DNA of 64,000 nt, taken from NCBI GenBank assembly GCA_014240165.1, contig JAAZXM010000013.1, positions 10,647 through 74,646 of the forward strand, given 5' to 3'. Below are positions 1-9,087 of this stretch, piece by piece (positions within the stretch are counted from its first letter, which is position 1; the number at the start of each line of letters is the position of its first letter). Source of the DNA: Myxococcales bacterium. Its GTDB lineage: Bacteria > Myxococcota_A > UBA9160 > UBA4427. A program made the position numbers and the translations under genes. A model generated the notes under the pieces. That model worked only from the letters and a program-made list of their open reading frames with translations. It was not told the DNA's origin and made no database searches.

Positions 1-668
1 CATTTGGCGACCAATTCGTCGAGCAATTGGGCCCCTCGCTGGGAACCGCTCACCATGGCGGCTATGTCGCCGGAAAAAGAGGGGAATCGGTTGTTTCGCA
101 CGAGCATTTCCAGGGCATCACGCCGGGGCTCGCCGCGATGAACCAGCTTGAGCCGGGGGATTGCCATGCCCTCCTGGTAGATATCCGTGGCATCCACCGA
201 GAAGCCGCCGGGATCCTTGCCTCCGGTATCGCCCTGATGGGCCTGAAGCGCCTGGATGGCGACCAGCTCACCCGCCGCATCGAAGCACGGGGCGTAGACG
301 TTGTAATCGGGCAGGTGCCCGCCCCCGTGATCGGGATCGTTGCCAACGAAGACATCGCCCGGCCCCCAATCGTCGACCGCGAAATGTTCGAGACCCCAGC
401 GCACCGCCAAGGGCGAAATGAAAAGCAATTGGGGGATGCCCACCGAAAGACCCGCGAGTCGGCCATGGGCATCGATGACGCTGGCATTGCGCTCGTTCGA
501 CTGGTTGATGATCGCCGAGGAAGCCGCCCTGCCCAGGTGGGTCGCAGTCTCGTAGCAGATGGTCTCGAAGGCGCCCCGGATGATGCCCGCCGTGACAGCG
601 TCAATATCCGCGGCGCTGGGCAAGGGCTCGCGCCGACGAACCAGACGGCGATTCACTTCGTAGGACAT
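1..668 (-). CDS. Hydantoinase B/oxoprolinase family protein, N-terminal part (gene continues past window start)
   Basis: Hand translation of the minus strand from ATG at 668-666 gives MSYEVNRRLVRRREPLPSAADIDAVTAGIIRGAFETICYE... It contains GNDPDHGGGHLPD (family hallmark NDPxxGGxHLPD) and IYQEGMAIPRLKLV. The frame stays open to position 1. It is absent from the ORF track because it is truncated. Confidence 0.8.
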   Translation of the reverse strand, partial: MSYEVNRRLVRRREPLPSAADIDAVTAGIIRGAFETICYETATHLGRAASSAIINQSNERNASVIDAHGRLAGLSVGIPQLLFISPLAVRWGLEHFAVDDWGPGDVFVGNDPDHGGGHLPDYNVYAPCFDAAGELVAIQALQAHQGDTGGKDPGGFSVDATDIYQEGMAIPRLKLVHRGEPRRDALEMLVRNNRFPSFSGDIAAMVSGSQRGAQLLDELVAK

Positions 669-704
669 ATCACTCCGCCCTCCCAAGACCGCGCAGTGCT
701 GAGA

Positions 705-1820
705 TCAACCCATGAAGCCGTAGAGCTTTCCGGCGTTCTCACAGAAAATCTTTCGCTTCTTGGACTCGTCAATGCCCTGGGCCATGGAGTTGATCAGGTA
801 GCGCGAGTGGGGCCAGTCGGTGATGTGATGCGGAAAGTCGCTGCACCACATCATCATGTCGACACCCACCGCATCGCAGTTCTGCACGCCGAATTGATCA
901 CTCACGACGCCTACTTTGCAATTGCGCTCGAGGTATTCACTGGGCAGCATGCTGAGCTTCACCTCGCACCAGTAGCGGTTGCGCCGGTAGCGATCATCGA
1001 GTTCCTGTTTGAGAAAAGGCACCCAACCGGCGCCCACTTCGCCGCCCACAACGGCAAGTTTCGGAAAGCGTTCGAAGACACCATTGAAAATGAACTCGGC
1101 AAAGAGCGTGGGCATTCGGCTCATGGTTGTGGAGTAGAGAACCAACTGCTCCGCCCCACCCTTCTTGGCCGCGACCTTCCGGGTCTTGTATTGGGGCGGA
1201 GTCAGGCCCACGTGGATATGGATCGGAAGACCGACCTCCTCGGCCACCGCCCAGAACTGGTCATCCACTTCCGAGAGAAGGAAGTCGCCACTGGGCCAGG
1301 TCGCCAGGCCAACGCCCACCGCGTCGTTCTCCCGGGCCCGGCGCAATTCGGCCACGGCGTCGTCGATGCCCGTGGCGGGCATCTGCCAGATCGCACCGAG
1401 GCGGGAGCGATCGAAGCTCGCAAAATCCCTGATGAAATTGTTGTAGCCCTGCATTCCTGCAAGGGAAAATTGCTTGTCCTCAAGGAACATGAAATAGATC
1501 ATCGTGCGCTGGGGGGGAAAGAAGACCGCGGCGGAAACGCCATCCTGATCCATCAACTCCAGCCGGCCCTTGGGCTGGGTGATCCCGGGATGCATGTCGT
1601 CGTAGCGAATGCCCGTCCACTTCAGGGTCTCGGGTGTCTGGTGCATCGCTGCCACCAGACCCAGGGATTCCACGTGCGCGCCGAGTTGCCAGGCATCACC
1701 ACCGTCCTCGTCCTTGACGAGTTGGGGCGCCTGGTCGTGGAAGCGCTCGGGCAGGTATTCCTTCCAGAGATTCGGCGGCTCGATGACGTGTTGATCGCAG
1801 TCGATGATCTTGTAGTCCAT
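705..1820 (-). CDS. Amidohydrolase_2 family metal-dependent hydrolase/decarboxylase (ACMSD/LigW-like)
   Basis: 371-aa ORF. N-terminus IIDCDQHVIEPP and C-terminal WCSDFPH are typical of PF04909-type amidohydrolases. Confidence 0.85.
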   Translation of the reverse strand: MDYKIIDCDQHVIEPPNLWKEYLPERFHDQAPQLVKDEDGGDAWQLGAHVESLGLVAAMHQTPETLKWTGIRYDDMHPGITQPKGRLELMDQDGVSAAVFFPPQRTMIYFMFLEDKQFSLAGMQGYNNFIRDFASFDRSRLGAIWQMPATGIDDAVAELRRARENDAVGVGLATWPSGDFLLSEVDDQFWAVAEEVGLPIHIHVGLTPPQYKTRKVAAKKGGAEQLVLYSTTMSRMPTLFAEFIFNGVFERFPKLAVVGGEVGAGWVPFLKQELDDRYRRNRYWCEVKLSMLPSEYLERNCKVGVVSDQFGVQNCDAVGVDMMMWCSDFPHHITDWPHSRYLINSMAQGIDESKKRKIFCENAGKLYGFMG

Positions 1821-1905
1821 GGATTTCTCCCGAAAACGAATGCTGCCTTGAGAAGCAATTTAGTTTTATGAGTCGCAATGCCCGGCGCGTTGGGGACCCG
1901 CAGCC

Positions 1906-2901
1906 TCAGATGAACTGCTGATACCATTTGCGGTAGTGGGCGATGGGTCCGTCCCCCTCGCAGAGCGCTGGGCGGGGAAGACAAAGCTTATTCTCCCAGA
2001 TGGGACGATCGTGTTCGAATTGGTCCTTGAGGTCGGCGATGATGGCCGCGGCCAGGTGCTCCTTGTGTGTATCACCCTCTGATTTCACCGAGTAGGCGAA
2101 ACTCACGTCGGTGTTTTCTTCGTCGATGGGTGTCGACGTGTTCAGCATCACGGTATCGATCAATCCGTTCATGCGAACGACCTGAAAGCCGGGGCCGTAA
2201 TCCAGGGTCACCAAGTTCATCTCACCCGTTCCCCCGGGTGCCTTGATTGTGAAGATCGACTCGGCGATATGCAGGCTTCCCTCGGCGCGCGCCGTGGTGG
2301 GCGGAATCGTCAGCGCCCCATGGATGAACTTGAAATGCGCCTGGTCGACGCAGTTTTCGTTCATGTCCAGCCATGACGCACGCACTTTCCAATGCATGAC
2401 TTCGGGAACGGTCCAAGCGCTATCGCCCACTTCGGGCACGTCGGGCAACTCGAAGTTGGGGGAGCCACCATCGCGATCGTGGTAGAAGAAGATCAGGCCG
2501 TTCTTCTCAACGACTTCGTAGCCCCCAAGCCGTGCACGCGGAGGAATCCGCTTCGCGTAGGGAATCTTCTCGCAGGCGCCGTCGGGACCGAATTCCCAAT
2601 GATGAAAGGGGCAGCGAATTCGCTCGCCCACCACCTCGCCCCCATGGCCCAGGTGGGCGCCCAAATGCACACAGTGGGGATCGATCACCCGCGCCAGCCC
2701 CGCCTCGGTTCGATAGAGGAGCCACTCGCGACCGAAGAAATGGAGCGGTCGAATTTCACCCGGGGCCAACTCGTCGCTGTAGGCCGCGCGAAACCAGCCG
2801 TTCGGATAGGGGGTAAAGGGGTAACGGGAGGCGCCGGGCCCGCTGGGGCCCGAAGGTGCCCCCTCTGCGCCCTGGGAACCCCCTCGTTGCGTTTCTGACA
2901 T
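1906..2901 (-). CDS. Rieske [2Fe-2S] non-heme iron oxygenase, KshA-like alpha subunit
   Basis: 331-aa ORF with Rieske motif CVHLGAHL...CPFHHWEF. The C-terminal catalytic domain is of the KshA/phthalate-dioxygenase class. Confidence 0.85.
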   Translation of the reverse strand: MSETQRGGSQGAEGAPSGPSGPGASRYPFTPYPNGWFRAAYSDELAPGEIRPLHFFGREWLLYRTEAGLARVIDPHCVHLGAHLGHGGEVVGERIRCPFHHWEFGPDGACEKIPYAKRIPPRARLGGYEVVEKNGLIFFYHDRDGGSPNFELPDVPEVGDSAWTVPEVMHWKVRASWLDMNENCVDQAHFKFIHGALTIPPTTARAEGSLHIAESIFTIKAPGGTGEMNLVTLDYGPGFQVVRMNGLIDTVMLNTSTPIDEENTDVSFAYSVKSEGDTHKEHLAAAIIADLKDQFEHDRPIWENKLCLPRPALCEGDGPIAHYRKWYQQFI

Positions 2902-3096
2902 ATCGTCAGATACTATATCCTCTCCCTATGGGCGCTGTCAGCCCGAAAATCGTGAGGGCGGCCCCAGGCCGTCCCCCATGGCGAGGGAGCCGCCCGATTC
3001 TGTGTACAGTGCCGGAGCGTCCGGTTGGGGTGCAGGTGATGCTTCCGCTTCCACCCAGAGAGATGCCGGTGCACGAGGAGCCTTGAGGATAAAGCC

Positions 3097-4401
3097 ATGC
3101 AATTGGACGAGATGATCCTGGTCAGCGTGGATGACCACGTCGTAGAACCGCCTACGGTCTTCGACAATCACCTGGCGAGCAAGTACAAGGACAGGGCACC
3201 CAAGAGTATCCGCAAGAAAAACGGCGCCGAAATGTGGGTCTTCGGCGAACGCCAGCTTCCGAATATCGGGCTGAACGCCGTGGTGGGACGATCGCCCGAG
3301 GAATTCGGCATGGAGCCCACTGCGTACGATCAGATGCGCCCGGGCTGCTACGACTCGAACGAACGCGTCCGGGACATGAACGTGAACGGCGTTCTCGCCC
3401 AAATGTGTTTTCCGAGTTTTCCTCAATTCTCCGGCTCGCTCTTTGCGGGCACCGAGGACAAGGAACTCGCCCTCGCCCTGCTCCGGGCCTACAACGACTG
3501 GCATATTGACGAGTGGGCGGGAAGCCATCCCGGACGTTTCATCCCCCTTTCGTTGCCGCCCGTATGGGACCCCCAACTGATGGCCGACGAGGTGCGGCGG
3601 GTCGCACGCAAGGGCTGCCACGTGGTGAGTTTCAGCCAGGACCCAACGGGCATCGGCCAACCCAGCCTGCACGATCGCCATTGGGACCCCTTCTGGCGAG
3701 CCTGCTCCGAGGAGGGAACCCTGATCGCGGTGCATATCGGCTCGGGGACCGGGATGTTCTTCACATCTCAGGATGCGCCCATCGATGTGATGATCACCAA
3801 TACCCCGCTCAGCATCACGAACTTCGCGAGCGACCTGCTCTGGTCCCATATCCTGCGCGAATTTCCCGACCTGAAATTTGCACTCTCCGAGGGCGGCATC
3901 GGTTGGATTCCCTATTTCCTGGAACGAGCGGACTATGTCTACGAGCACCACAAAGCGTGGACCCACCAGGATTTTGGTGACAAATTGCCGAGTGATATCT
4001 TTCGGGAGCAGGTGGTGACCTGCTTCATCGATGACGAGTTTGGCCTGAAGAATCGACACGAAATCGGCATCGACATGATCACCTGGGAATGCGACTACCC
4101 CCACTCGGATACCACCTGGCCCCGAGCGCCCGAGATCCTTTCGCGCTGCCTCGAGGGCATCCCGGATGACGAGATCAACAAGATCACGCATCTCAACGCA
4201 ATGAAGCATTTCAACTTCGATCCCTTCAAGCACATCCCGCGAGAAGAGTGCACCGTGGGCGCGCTTCGGGCCCAGGCGGGGGATGTCGACCTGACGCCCC
4301 TGGTGGGTGTCGGCGGCAACCCGGCGCAACTCGAAGAGGGACAGGTGATCACCACGGCGGATATCATGCGTCAGATCGCACCGGCTTTCGCAAACGATTG
4401 A
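3097..4401 (+). CDS. Amidohydrolase_2 family protein (second paralogue)
   Basis: 434-aa ORF with VSVDDHVVEPP at the N-terminus and WECDYPHSD near the C-terminus. GAGGA lies about 9 nt upstream of the ATG. Confidence 0.85.
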   Translation: MQLDEMILVSVDDHVVEPPTVFDNHLASKYKDRAPKSIRKKNGAEMWVFGERQLPNIGLNAVVGRSPEEFGMEPTAYDQMRPGCYDSNERVRDMNVNGVLAQMCFPSFPQFSGSLFAGTEDKELALALLRAYNDWHIDEWAGSHPGRFIPLSLPPVWDPQLMADEVRRVARKGCHVVSFSQDPTGIGQPSLHDRHWDPFWRACSEEGTLIAVHIGSGTGMFFTSQDAPIDVMITNTPLSITNFASDLLWSHILREFPDLKFALSEGGIGWIPYFLERADYVYEHHKAWTHQDFGDKLPSDIFREQVVTCFIDDEFGLKNRHEIGIDMITWECDYPHSDTTWPRAPEILSRCLEGIPDDEINKITHLNAMKHFNFDPFKHIPREECTVGALRAQAGDVDLTPLVGVGGNPAQLEEGQVITTADIMRQIAPAFAND

Positions 4402-4491
4402 AGGCGAGGCGCACCCCGCGAAGCGAGGGGCCTTTCTTCCGTGGCGCCCTCCCCTCCCGTCGAATTCCGAAAAGCGAGGGAACGGTTCGAT

Positions 4492-6096
4492 ATGGAATTC
4501 CAACTCGCTGATCTCTACGAATGTCTTTGCGACGCAGACCCCGATGCGATCGTGGTCATCGCCGACGAGCAGGAGATCCGCCGGGGAGAACTCGATCGCC
4601 GCGCCAATCGTCTGGCCCATATCCTGCTCGATGCGGGTGTTGGCCGGGGCGATCACGTGGGGGTTTACTCGTTCAATCGCATCGAGTGGCTCGAAACTCT
4701 GCTGGCTTGCTGGAAGATCGGCGCGGCCACGATCAATATCAACTTTCGCTATGTGCGATCCGAACTCCGCTATCTCTGGGAGAATTCGGATATGGTCGCC
4801 CTCGTCTACGAGCGGGGGTTCTCTGACCACGTCGCTGCCCTGGCATCGGATTTTCCCGCACTCCGCACCTACCTGCGCTTGGACGATGGCAGCGAGGAAA
4901 AGCTCCCAGGACCGGGAGCCGACTACGAATCGGCCCTGGCCGAAGCATCCGAGGATCGCGATTTCGCCCCCCGATCCGGAGACGACCTCTACATCGTATA
5001 TACCGGTGGCACCACGGGGATGCCCAAGGGCACCTTGTGGCGGCATGCGGACCTCTACTCCAACGTGGCACGGCGACTCACAGGCCCCATCGAGCGGCCG
5101 GAAGAAATCGCCCAACAGAGCGACAACCCCCTGGGCCTGCGGATGCTGACCCTATCGCCCCTGATGCACGGAGGCGGGCAATGGCCTCTTTTCATCTGCA
5201 TCTTCAATGGCGGCGTGGCCGTGCTCCCGACCTCGATGCATTTCGATCCCGACCACGTGCTCAACCTGGTCGAGAGGTACGACGTCACGACCCTCAGCAT
5301 CATCGGCGACGCCATGGGGAGGCCCATTGCCGAGGCGCGGATGAACCCGGCCTCCAAGCACCAGACCAGCGCCCTGAAGGCAATCTCCACGGGAGGTGCG
5401 CTTCTGACTGCGGGGGTACGCGATCTACTCCGAGAGGCCTTTGGCAGTATCTATATCAGCGGCGGGATCGGGAGCTCTGAAATCGGAACCGCAGCCCGGG
5501 AAACGCCCCACTTCGACCCTGCTGGCGGTCCGCGCTTCGCCTTGGATACCCAGGTGGCGGTCCTCGATGACGAACTCTGCCCGATCCCTCCCGGCTCCGG
5601 GGGCATCGGGTTGATCGCGCGCCAAGGTGATATCCCCCTGGGCTATTACAAGGATCCGGAAAAAACCGCGAGCACCTTCCGAACGGATGCGGACGGCACT
5701 CGGTGGGTCTTGCCCGGGGATTGGGCGCGGGTGGAAGATGATGGCACCATCAGCCTGCTCGGCCGCGGCTCCCAATGCATCAACTCCGGGGGCGAGAAGA
5801 TCTTCCCCGACGAAATCGAGGCCGTGCTCGCCGAGCACCCGGATATCCGGCACGCAGCCGTGGTCGGGGTTCCCGATGCCACGTGGATGGAACGCGTGGT
5901 CGCCGTAGTGGAGCCCCTAAAGCCCGGGAATCCCCCGACCCTCGAAGACATCCAGACCCATTGCCGGGTGCACTTGGCGGGCTACAAGCTGCCCCGCGCC
6001 CTGGTCGTATCCGATCTGAAACGAACCCCGGCCGGAAAAGTCGACTACGTCTGGGCAAAGGCGCGAGCCGAAGAGGAAACACAGGCCGCTCCCTGA
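4492..6096 (+). CDS. AMP-forming acyl-CoA synthetase / fatty-acid-CoA ligase (FadD-like)
   Basis: AMP-binding motif YIVYTGGTTGMPKG and C-terminal GKVDY. I prefer the ATG at 4492 (MEFQLADLYE, GAGGGAA upstream) over the GTG at 4441 used in the track. Confidence 0.85.
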   Translation: MEFQLADLYECLCDADPDAIVVIADEQEIRRGELDRRANRLAHILLDAGVGRGDHVGVYSFNRIEWLETLLACWKIGAATININFRYVRSELRYLWENSDMVALVYERGFSDHVAALASDFPALRTYLRLDDGSEEKLPGPGADYESALAEASEDRDFAPRSGDDLYIVYTGGTTGMPKGTLWRHADLYSNVARRLTGPIERPEEIAQQSDNPLGLRMLTLSPLMHGGGQWPLFICIFNGGVAVLPTSMHFDPDHVLNLVERYDVTTLSIIGDAMGRPIAEARMNPASKHQTSALKAISTGGALLTAGVRDLLREAFGSIYISGGIGSSEIGTAARETPHFDPAGGPRFALDTQVAVLDDELCPIPPGSGGIGLIARQGDIPLGYYKDPEKTASTFRTDADGTRWVLPGDWARVEDDGTISLLGRGSQCINSGGEKIFPDEIEAVLAEHPDIRHAAVVGVPDATWMERVVAVVEPLKPGNPPTLEDIQTHCRVHLAGYKLPRALVVSDLKRTPAGKVDYVWAKARAEEETQAAP

Positions 6097-6098
6097 TC

Positions 6099-7580
6099 TC
6101 AGGCGACGATCCGGTTGACTCCCTTGCCGCCGTCCTCGAGTTCGATGGCTTCGCCCACGAACTCCCGGGCCTGCATGGCCTCGAAAAGCGCAGCGGACTC
6201 GCCGCGGGCATAGCAGCGCTCGCCGTTCGGGAGGTCGCAAACCGCCATGGCGAAGCTCGGCCCCTCTCGCGAATGAACCACGGAATACGCTGCAACCCGG
6301 GCCTCGCCCGTCGCATGATCCCGGATCTGGCGCCGGGGACGCGCATCCAATCGGGCCTGGATCTCCGCCGAGTCGGGCAAGTTCAGCTCTCCGGGCTGGG
6401 CGCTATAGATCCCGTAGGAATGATTCGTCATATGCATTCCCACACCACTCGCCATGCCGAAGGCTTTCGGATCCTCGCGCAGCATCTTGACCAACGTGGC
6501 GATGGAATGCCCCAGGTAGGCGCTGCCTGGGCCGCCGTGATAGGGCAACCCCCCGGTGACGGTCAGTGGCCGGGCATCATCGATTTTCAGGCCCAGGGCA
6601 TCGCGTGCAAAATTCACCGAACTGGGAAAGCAGCTATAGAGATCGATATACGCAATGTCGTCGATCCCGATTCCCGCCGCGCGCATCGCGGCCCCGCTGG
6701 CCTCTTCCATCGCAACGCTTCGCCAGAGTTCCTCGCGCTCGGCGATATAGACCGGATCCTTTGTCTCGCACCAACCCCGCAGATAGATCCTCCGGTCCTG
6801 GGGTACACCAAGGGCATCGGCCTTTTCGTGGCTCGCCAAAAGAAGGCCGGAAGCCATGTCGACATCCATGATCGCGACCAGGTTTTTGGGATAGGGGTGC
6901 GAGACCAGGCGATTATCGGCGGAGACGTTGATCAGTTCTTCGCTCGTGCGCTCGCGACGGAACCAGGCATTGGGATTCTCGGCGGCCACCTTGGTCATCG
7001 GGGCAAAGAGCGTGCCCGCTTGCCGCAGGTTCTCGTCGAGGGAAAGCCCCAGATGAGCCCTGCGTGCCACATCGAAGATCGCAAAGGTCATATAGGCCCG
7101 AAAGATTTCGTGGGCGACTTCAGAGGGGTGAAAGGGGTCGTCGAAGGGGATGCCGCGTTTCTCTGCCGGTGCATGGCTCCACGCCACCGAGTCTCCACGC
7201 TTTCGGACACGCTTCCGAGTCGCGAGACACTCCGCGCCCGTAACCAGGGCAAGATCGCTCTCCCCCTTTTGAATCCGGAGAGCTGCGTTTGCCAACATCT
7301 TTTGCGAAGAGGTTCCGCTCATCCCAGAGAGATGCCGGCCGCCTTCAGCCAGGCCAAGCCGCTCAGCCAAACGGCCCGGTGCATCGTCGTAAGTCCAGCT
7401 GACGTTGAAGACCACGCTGACATCGTCGATCGCATCGATGACGCCATGGCCCCCGCTATCTCGTGCGGCGGCCTCGGCCATCTCCGCCCATAGCTCCAGC
7501 GGCTCGGGAGAATCGCCGTCCTGCGCCCTCACCGTACGCTGGCCCACGCCGATCAGGCAGGGAAGTCGCGGATCGATCAT
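6099..7580 (-). CDS. Thiolase-fold protein with about 100-aa C-terminal extension (acetyl-CoA acetyltransferase-like / Ltp-like)
   Basis: 493-aa ORF with a thiolase-like N- and C-domain pattern (LVTGAE..., GGLPYHGGPGS). The extra C-terminal domain looks OB-fold-like. Its ATG overlaps the stop of the upstream crotonase gene (ATGA). Confidence 0.8.
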   Translation of the reverse strand: MIDPRLPCLIGVGQRTVRAQDGDSPEPLELWAEMAEAAARDSGGHGVIDAIDDVSVVFNVSWTYDDAPGRLAERLGLAEGGRHLSGMSGTSSQKMLANAALRIQKGESDLALVTGAECLATRKRVRKRGDSVAWSHAPAEKRGIPFDDPFHPSEVAHEIFRAYMTFAIFDVARRAHLGLSLDENLRQAGTLFAPMTKVAAENPNAWFRRERTSEELINVSADNRLVSHPYPKNLVAIMDVDMASGLLLASHEKADALGVPQDRRIYLRGWCETKDPVYIAEREELWRSVAMEEASGAAMRAAGIGIDDIAYIDLYSCFPSSVNFARDALGLKIDDARPLTVTGGLPYHGGPGSAYLGHSIATLVKMLREDPKAFGMASGVGMHMTNHSYGIYSAQPGELNLPDSAEIQARLDARPRRQIRDHATGEARVAAYSVVHSREGPSFAMAVCDLPNGERCYARGESAALFEAMQAREFVGEAIELEDGGKGVNRIVA

Positions 7581-8386
7581 CGGCCACTCCAGCGAGGAGG
7601 CCTTTTTTCGGCAAACGCCTTGGGGCCTTCCTTGGCATCCTCGCTCTGAAAAACGCGCTTGCTCAACTCGGCCTCAACCCCATAGGCTTCTTCGAGAGAT
7701 CCACCGAGCCCGCGAATCACGCTCTCCTTGGTGGCTTGGACCGCCATGGGCGCGTTCGCAGTAATTCGGCGCGCCCATTCCATAGCCCGATCCTCCAGCA
7801 CTTCTTCTTCAACGATTTCGTTGATGAGCCCCAATTCCAGCGCGCGCTCGGCGGGGAAATGTTCTGCAGTGAGCAGGAACTCCATCGCGGCGGGAAAATT
7901 CAGCTGCCGAGGAAGGCGAGCCGTCGTCCCCCCTCCGGCGAAAAGCCCGCGCTTCGGCTCCATGACGCCGAAGCGCGCGTGCTCGGTCGCAACCCGGATA
8001 TCCACGCCCCCCAGCATCTCCATTCCGCCCGCAACGCACGGCCCGTTGATCGCGGCAATCACGGGTTTGTAGAGTTTGACGTTCCGAAGAACCGCGTAGG
8101 TACCGTCCGAGAGTCGGCAGCCATCGATTTCCTTGACGTCACCGGCGGAGATCTTCTTCTGCAGATCCGTGATCTGGGGGATATAGGTCTTGAGGTCCGC
8201 GCCGACCATGAAATTTCGGCCCACGCCCGTAATGATGGCGACCCATGCATCGTCATCATCCTTGAAATCGCGCCAGGCAGCCGCCAGATCCCTGAAGTGA
8301 TACAAATCGAGCGCGTTACGAGAATCCGGGCGATCGATCGAAATTTTCACGATGTGTTCATCGTTTTTGGAATAGTGAATCGCCAT
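7577..8386 (-). CDS. Enoyl-CoA hydratase/isomerase (crotonase family)
   Basis: Crotonase signature AAINGPCVAGGMEMLGGVDIRVA...FGVMEPKRGLFAGGG. Start chosen at MAIHYSK (ATG 8386, GGGAGA 7 nt upstream). The track ORF starts at 8422. Confidence 0.85.
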   Translation of the reverse strand: MAIHYSKNDEHIVKISIDRPDSRNALDLYHFRDLAAAWRDFKDDDDAWVAIITGVGRNFMVGADLKTYIPQITDLQKKISAGDVKEIDGCRLSDGTYAVLRNVKLYKPVIAAINGPCVAGGMEMLGGVDIRVATEHARFGVMEPKRGLFAGGGTTARLPRQLNFPAAMEFLLTAEHFPAERALELGLINEIVEEEVLEDRAMEWARRITANAPMAVQATKESVIRGLGGSLEEAYGVEAELSKRVFQSEDAKEGPKAFAEKRPPRWSGR

Positions 8387-8606
8387 TTCGCGATCTCCCG
8401 CGCGTATATGACCCGCGAACAATTGGACCCGGAGTTCAGGTACAAGCGATCCGAGTCACCATGAGCATCTCATTCTAGTACGCCCCCAAGCGATCATGCA
8501 CCCCGTTTCGGGCCGGCTCCCCGAGCCCACTGGGAGGATTCTCTTGACAGGCACTGGGCTGATCACGATGATCCGGCGCTCGACCTCGAGCGGGAGAAGC
8601 CGCAAG

Positions 8607-9065
8607 ATGCAAGCCAGCTGCGACGAAATGCGGGATATCGAGGCTATAAAGCAACTCAAAGCGCGATATTTTCGGCTGATGGACACCAAGCAATGGGAGG
8701 CCTTTGAATCGGTTTTCGCCGAGGATGCAGAGATCGACGTCACCGATGATGCCGGCCCAGAGACAGGGCGAGTGCGTGGCGGGCCCGCCATCGCAAATTA
8801 TATTCGCTCAGCGATCGGCGAAGCCTTCACCGTTCATCACGGGCATATGCCCGAGATTCGCATTACGGGCCCGGCAACCGCCGAGGGCATATGGGCGATG
8901 TTCGATTACGTGGAGTTCCCTTCCGAGGGAACTCGCCGCGGGCTCCAGGGCTATGGCCACTACATCGAAACCTACACACGATGCGATGGCGACTGGAAAA
9001 TCCAGTCCATGAAACTCAGCCGACTCAGAATCGACCCGCTCCCGCCAGGCGCCGGCGCGAGCTAA
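8607..9065 (+). CDS. SnoaL-like / NTF2-fold protein
   Basis: EAIKQLKARYFRLMDTKQWEAFESVFAEDA is typical of SnoaL_4/NTF2-like domains. ATG at 8607 is preceded by GGGAGAAG. The track ORF begins upstream at 8496. Confidence 0.7.
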   Translation: MQASCDEMRDIEAIKQLKARYFRLMDTKQWEAFESVFAEDAEIDVTDDAGPETGRVRGGPAIANYIRSAIGEAFTVHHGHMPEIRITGPATAEGIWAMFDYVEFPSEGTRRGLQGYGHYIETYTRCDGDWKIQSMKLSRLRIDPLPPGAGAS

Positions 9066-9087
9066 GCGCGCGACAAGCGTGTTCCGG

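Noticed and set aside
27-1871. 614-aa plus-strand ORF spanning the first 1.9 kb
   Set aside because: It is antisense to two well-supported minus-strand genes (the hydantoinase B fragment and an amidohydrolase). Its Arg/Gly/Ala/His-rich composition matches no recognisable family. This is a typical shadow ORF of high-GC DNA.
2938-5115. 725-aa minus-strand ORF
   Set aside because: It is antisense to the amidohydrolase (3097-4401) and acyl-CoA ligase genes, which carry clear family motifs. The composition is shadow-ORF-like.
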